Part shown: positions 60,122 to 64,000 of the stretch, piece by piece
Layout of the letters: every line of letters begins with the position of its first letter
How positions within the stretch are numbered: the first letter of the stretch is position 1
Position numbers and translations under genes: made by a program
Notes under the pieces: model-generated
Seen by the model: the letters and a program-made list of their open reading frames with translations, nothing else
What the model was told of the DNA's origin: nothing
Database searches by the model: none
From: an uncultured Planctomycetia bacterium
GTDB taxonomy: Bacteria > Omnitrophota > Gorgyraeia > Tantalellales > Tantalellaceae
Assembly: GCA_964527765.1 (NCBI GenBank)
Contig: CAZGQR010000004.1
Location: 83 to 64,082, forward strand
Reading direction: 5' to 3'
DNA: 64,000 nucleotides

Positions 60122-61069
60122 ATGTACAGGGAGGAAATAAAGGTTCTGGATTGCACGATAAGGGACGGGGGCCTTATCAACGCGCATTATTTTGACGATG
60201 ATTTCGTCCGGGAGGTCTACAAGGCGGTTTCCGCTTCCGGCGTGGATTATATGGAAATAGGATACAGGTGTTCGAGGAGCATAATGTCCCCGGACGAATT
60301 CGGAAAGTGGAAGTTCTGCGATGAAGAGGACATCCGCCGGGCCATAGACGGGATCGAGTCGAATACGAAGCTTTCTGTCATGGTGGACGTTGGGCGCGTG
60401 GAAAAGAAAGACATACTCCCGTGCAAGGACAGCGTCGTCGATATGATCCGCGTGGCGACCTATGTAAAAGATGTCGATAAAGCGATCGATCTTGTCAATG
60501 ACGCCGTAGATAAAGGGTACGAGGGTTCAGTGAATATCATGGCCATATCGCGGGCGCTTGATAACGAGCTCGACGAGGCTTTGGCTCAGCTTGAAGAAAG
60601 CAAGACTTCCGTAGTATACATTGTCGATAGTTTCGGGGCCCTTTATTCGGAAAGCGTCCAGTATCTTGTCAATAAGTATAAGAAGTTCCTCAAGACCAAG
60701 GAGGTCGGTATACACGGACATAACAATCAGCAGCTTGGCTATGCGAACACTATCCAGGGGATAATAGATGGATGTAATTTTGTGGACGGGACCATCTACG
60801 GCATAGGCAGAGCAGCAGGCAACTGTCCGCTTGAGCTTCTTATCGGATTTCTTAAGAACCCCAAATTCGATCTCCGCCCCATCCTGGAAGTGATCTCCAA
60901 AGAGTTCCTGCCCCTGAGGGAGAAAATAGAGTGGGGGTACCTTATACCCTACGCTATTACCGGCATGTTCAATGAACATCCCAGGGCTGCCATGTCGCTG
61001 CGGAAGACCAAGGATAAAGACAAATATCGTGAATTTTTTGAGAGCATGGCGGCCACAGAGCTCGAATAA
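60122..61069 (+). CDS. HMGL-like (DRE-TIM metallolyase) family aldolase / pyruvate carboxyltransferase-like protein
   Basis: LDCTIRDGG N-terminal metal/substrate motif and IHGHNNQQLGYAN (HxH metal ligands). 315 aa, shorter than LeuA/NifV and closer to 4-hydroxy-2-oxoacid aldolase types. Confidence 0.6.
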   Translation: MYREEIKVLDCTIRDGGLINAHYFDDDFVREVYKAVSASGVDYMEIGYRCSRSIMSPDEFGKWKFCDEEDIRRAIDGIESNTKLSVMVDVGRVEKKDILPCKDSVVDMIRVATYVKDVDKAIDLVNDAVDKGYEGSVNIMAISRALDNELDEALAQLEESKTSVVYIVDSFGALYSESVQYLVNKYKKFLKTKEVGIHGHNNQQLGYANTIQGIIDGCNFVDGTIYGIGRAAGNCPLELLIGFLKNPKFDLRPILEVISKEFLPLREKIEWGYLIPYAITGMFNEHPRAAMSLRKTKDKDKYREFFESMAATELE

Positions 61070-61071
61070 CC

Positions 61072-61707
61072 ATGGATATCCATAGTTTCAAAACGTTTCC
61101 TCTTATGGGGATAGTAAGAGGCATGGATCCGGCAGATACGGAACCGCTGTTGGAAACGGTTGTTGAAGCGGGTCTCAAAACGATAGAAGTGGCCATGAAC
61201 ACTTCCGGCGCCGCCGGGATCATATCGAAAATGTGTTCCATCTCAAACGGCCGTATTGCCGTCGGGGCCGGAACGGTTCTTTCCAGGGATGATCTCGAAG
61301 CGGCAGCGGACGCGGGCGCTTCTTTCATCGTCCTGCCCGCTTTCGTGAAAGAAGTCGTGCATCACTGTGTTAAAAAGGCGATACCTGTGTTTCCCGGAGC
61401 CTTTACGCCCCAGGAAGTGCTGGATGCGTGGAAAGGAGGAGCGACCATGGTCAAGGTTTTTCCTTCCGGCATGTTCGGACCCGGGTATATGAAGGAACTT
61501 AAAGGCCCGTTTGACGGGATCGAGCTCATGGCGGTCGGCGGTGTCCGGTTGGAAAATATAGAGGAATATTTTTCCTGCGGCGCGGATGCCGTGGCTTTCG
61601 GCGCGAGCGTCTTTAAAAAAGAGTGGCTGGCGAAGAAGGATTTTGCGTCAATAGGGAAGCTTACAGGCGAGTATGTTCAGGCGGTAAGGAAGGCAAAGGG
61701 GAAATGA
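61072..61707 (+). CDS. eda: KDPG / 4-hydroxy-2-oxoglutarate aldolase
   Basis: 211 aa. IVRGMDPADTEPLLETVVEAGLKTIEVAMNT....GAGTV....FPG....K(V)FP pattern of class I KDPG aldolases (Schiff-base Lys in GATMVKVFP). Confidence 0.8.
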   Translation: MDIHSFKTFPLMGIVRGMDPADTEPLLETVVEAGLKTIEVAMNTSGAAGIISKMCSISNGRIAVGAGTVLSRDDLEAAADAGASFIVLPAFVKEVVHHCVKKAIPVFPGAFTPQEVLDAWKGGATMVKVFPSGMFGPGYMKELKGPFDGIELMAVGGVRLENIEEYFSCGADAVAFGASVFKKEWLAKKDFASIGKLTGEYVQAVRKAKGK

Positions 61708-62459
61708 AGATCATTTCCTGGAATGTTAACGGTATACGGTCGGTAGCCGACAAGGGTTTTCCTGGATGGCTTTCAAAGGAATCGCCGGACGTGCTTTGCC
61801 TTCAGGAGACAAAAGCCGCCCCCGAACAGCTGGACCGGTCTTTGACAAGCCCCAGGGGATACACGACTTACTGGAACAATCCTCCCCGTAAAGGATATGC
61901 CGGTGTGTCTGTTTTTACAAAACAAAAGCCCGTTTCCGTTGAAAAGGACTTTCCTCCCGAAAGCTTCAATACCGAAGGCAGGGCGCTCCTGGCGCGTTTT
62001 AAGGATTTCATGCTCATAAATGTTTATTTTCCGAACGGGAGCATGGGTCCCGCCAGGCTTAAATATAAACTTGATTTTTACGACAGGTTCCTGGCATTCG
62101 TCGACAAGATCAAGGACAGGGATATTATCATCTGCGGGGATTTCAATACCGCACATAAGAGGATAGACCTGGCCAGGCCCGAGGAGAATGAGATGTTCTC
62201 CGGTTTTTTGCCGGAGGAAAGGAAATGGATGGATAAGTTTGTCGCCCGCGGATATGTGGATACTTTTCGGCATTTCAACGATGAAGGAGGGCATTATACC
62301 TGGTGGGATTATAAAAGCCGTTCCCGCCAAAGAAACGTCGGGTGGCGCATAGATTATTTTTTCGCGACGAAGAAGATGATGTCCCGCCTCAAGGACGCTT
62401 TTATCATGCCGGATGTTCCGGGTTCGGACCATTGCCCCGTAGGGATAGAGCTTCGATGA
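61704..62459 (+). CDS. xth: Exodeoxyribonuclease III
   Basis: MKIISWNVNGIRS....LCLQETK....ICGDFNTAH....WWDYK....GSDHCPV are EEP-family AP endonuclease motifs. ATGA overlap with the eda stop. Confidence 0.9.
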   Translation: MKIISWNVNGIRSVADKGFPGWLSKESPDVLCLQETKAAPEQLDRSLTSPRGYTTYWNNPPRKGYAGVSVFTKQKPVSVEKDFPPESFNTEGRALLARFKDFMLINVYFPNGSMGPARLKYKLDFYDRFLAFVDKIKDRDIIICGDFNTAHKRIDLARPEENEMFSGFLPEERKWMDKFVARGYVDTFRHFNDEGGHYTWWDYKSRSRQRNVGWRIDYFFATKKMMSRLKDAFIMPDVPGSDHCPVGIELR

Positions 62460-62474
62460 GCATTTACGTTATAA

Positions 62475-62625
62475 AACAGATGTTTGAACCGTTTTTCGCG
62501 GGGACGTCCGATTTTCCCGGCGAGAAAATCAGACTCAGCGAAAGTCCTCGCTCGTCCTCGCTGGCGCTCGGACACCGTGCCCGCTCAGACTTTCGATGCC
62601 CCGCTCCAAACAGTTCAAACATCTT
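62475..62625. other. Structured intergenic element bounded by about 18-bp imperfect inverted repeats, with nested hairpins (possible ncRNA, leader or MITE)
   Basis: AACAGATGTTTGAACCGTTT (62475-62494) versus AAACAGTTCAAACATCTT (62608-62625). Internal hairpin GATTTTC-ccggcga-GAAAATC (62510-62530), palindrome GGACGTCC (62502-62509), and inner pair CGAAAGTC (62539-62546) / GACTTTCG (62588-62595). Confidence 0.35.
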
Positions 62626-62644
62626 ATAAATAAAGTGGATTGAC

Positions 62645-63973
62645 ATGAAAAAAGAACGGCCGAAACTGCTTGTCGCGGATAAAAAGGGCAGGATCCGCGA
62701 CGTGCCCTATCTTGAAGCGACGGGCATGAAGGGCGGGGAATATTTCCGTCTGGATCCCGGGAATCTCGTGAAACTGCATCCGGACAGCGAGTTTTTCATG
62801 CTTCCGGACAGAAGACCGGTGGGTTATGACCCCCAAGCCGGACGATTCGTCCAGCTGGAACATGAGCCCTTTGCCGGGCGAAGTGAACCCGCCCGCGCGG
62901 TGGCGGCTTTTCTCCCGCCCGGATACACGGTGACGCACAGCGCTTCGTACCACGAACGCGGGAGAGCCCGGATATTGCCGCTTTTCAGCTATGCGGCAGT
63001 GGCTTTTTACAGGAACGGGTTTTATGCTGCCGGCGTGCGCGTTGACCGGGAAAAGCGCCAGGAACTTAAAGGTATGAACGCCGGGGAGCTCCGGAAGAAC
63101 GTCAGGTTGTTCAGGAAACTTTTTCCGAAGAACAGGCTTGTGCGGCATCTTGAAACATGCGCTCTTACTTACGGGTGCCCGGCAGCCAAGAATTTTTTCC
63201 TTAAAAGATATGAGGGCCCGCTTCCGATATCACCGGCGTGCAACGCCAGGTGTATAGGGTGCATATCCTATCAGCCCGGGAAAGAATGTTTTGTCACGCA
63301 GCCGCGCATTACTTTTGTCCCCGCGCCGGAGGAAGTCGCGGAAGTCGCGCTTTTTCACCTGAAAGAGGTCCGGGACCCCGTTGTGAGTTTCGGTCAGGGG
63401 TGCGAGGGGGAACCGCTCATGGCGGGGGAGGTTCTGGAAAAAGCGGTGAGAATGATAAGAAGATCCACCTCAAAAGGCATCGTCAATCTCAATACCAACG
63501 CGAGTCGCCCCGACATTGTCCGCCGGCTTTTCGAAGAAGGGCTGGATTCCATGCGCGTGAGCGTGAACAGCGTCCGCGAATCCTGCTATTCGGATTACTA
63601 CCTGCCGCGCGGGTACGGTTTTCGGGATGTCCTGAGGTCGATAAACAGCGCCAAGAAGGCAGGCGGGTTCGTTTCGATCAACTATCTTGTCATGCCGGGT
63701 TTTACGGATTCCCGAGAGGAGGCCGGGGCACTGCTGTGTTTTCTGAAAAGAACAGGAGTCGACATGGTCCAGTGGCGGAACCTGAATTACGATCCCTTGG
63801 CTTATTTCAGGAAGTTGCGCACCCCGGTAAAACGGGAGGACATGGTCGGAGTGGATACTCTTGTCAGGATGGTCGAGAAGGAATGTCCGCATGTCATGAA
63901 GGGGTACTTTAACCCGTCGAAAGAGCGCATGAAACGGGCAGAGAAAAAATTGGAGGGACACCTTCAAGCTTAA
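62645..63973 (+). CDS. Radical SAM domain protein with an N-terminal extension of about 190 aa and no assigned function
   Basis: CNARCIGC (CxxxCxxC) at aa about 197-204 and a downstream GQGCEGEPL glycine-rich SAM-binding-like motif. 442 aa. Confidence 0.65.
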   Translation: MKKERPKLLVADKKGRIRDVPYLEATGMKGGEYFRLDPGNLVKLHPDSEFFMLPDRRPVGYDPQAGRFVQLEHEPFAGRSEPARAVAAFLPPGYTVTHSASYHERGRARILPLFSYAAVAFYRNGFYAAGVRVDREKRQELKGMNAGELRKNVRLFRKLFPKNRLVRHLETCALTYGCPAAKNFFLKRYEGPLPISPACNARCIGCISYQPGKECFVTQPRITFVPAPEEVAEVALFHLKEVRDPVVSFGQGCEGEPLMAGEVLEKAVRMIRRSTSKGIVNLNTNASRPDIVRRLFEEGLDSMRVSVNSVRESCYSDYYLPRGYGFRDVLRSINSAKKAGGFVSINYLVMPGFTDSREEAGALLCFLKRTGVDMVQWRNLNYDPLAYFRKLRTPVKREDMVGVDTLVRMVEKECPHVMKGYFNPSKERMKRAEKKLEGHLQA

Positions 63974-63977
63974 AAAA

Positions 63978-63989
63978 GGGGACACTTTG
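63978..63989. repeat. REP copy (GGGGACACTTTG) at the 3' window edge
   Basis: Identical core to the REP at 15766-15779 (AAAAAGGGGGACACTTTGG versus AAAAAAGGGGACACTTTGC). Suggests a third REP/RAYT unit begins just beyond the window. Confidence 0.5.
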
Positions 63990-64000
63990 CCGATTAATAT

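Overview
This window is a gene-dense, almost entirely plus-strand stretch of a bacterial chromosome with about 55% GC. It is most likely from a diderm, since it carries a pair of LptF/LptG-type permeases. It is probably an anaerobe or microaerophile, given a complete MoxR/DUF58/BatA-E aerotolerance-type operon, a ferredoxin and several radical-SAM enzymes. All calls below rest on motif and architecture recognition only; no database searches were possible.

Recognisable housekeeping content:
- a 5'-truncated nadE and a GH130-like glycosidase;
- tRNA-Lys(CTT) and tRNA-Gly(GCC) behind a sigma70-like promoter;
- a PTS-Ntr-like regulatory set (ptsN, yvcK, ptsH, ptsI) wrapped around a GH57 alpha-glucan enzyme;
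- a sugar nucleotidyltransferase, then a tight metK-ahcY-pfkA block;
- two lptF/lptG permeases and comF, followed by doxX, a ferredoxin, a polysaccharide deacetylase, pgi and an AEC transporter;
- a LonC-like protease, a CPA antiporter with CBS domains, clpB, a J-domain protein, an ArsR regulator, maf, a PilZ protein and a dinG-like helicase;
- the Bat operon, metH, mnmG, a TIGR01212-like radical SAM and a second radical SAM protein;
- a PAS histidine kinase with a response regulator, an HMGL-like aldolase with eda, and xth.

Accessory or unusual content:
(i) The main accessory feature is a single uninterrupted 9,072-nt ORF (48329..57400) encoding a 3,023-aa protein. It has an N-terminal signal peptide, an embedded Hanks-type Ser/Thr kinase domain, one internal transmembrane helix and tandem coiled-coil repeats of about 75 aa. 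An unrecognised N-terminal region of about 1,100 aa and a C-terminal region of about 450 aa flank these. The gene is driven by a near-leaderless sigma70-like promoter and is followed by a glycine-zipper protein plus a PAS histidine kinase / response regulator pair.
(ii) Two self-contained RAYT (IS200-like HuH Y1 transposase) plus REP/BIME units are present, each bracketed by outer inverted repeats. One REP copy sits at the 3' window edge. One unit abuts and apparently reshapes the 5' end of comF.
(iii) An islet of three small hydrophobic peptide genes lies upstream of dinG. One of them and a second gene before the Lon-like protease are DUF3096-like.
(iv) A highly structured, inverted-repeat-bounded element of about 150 nt lies between xth and the downstream radical-SAM gene.

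Many long antisense ORFs in the six-frame track are rejected as artefacts.
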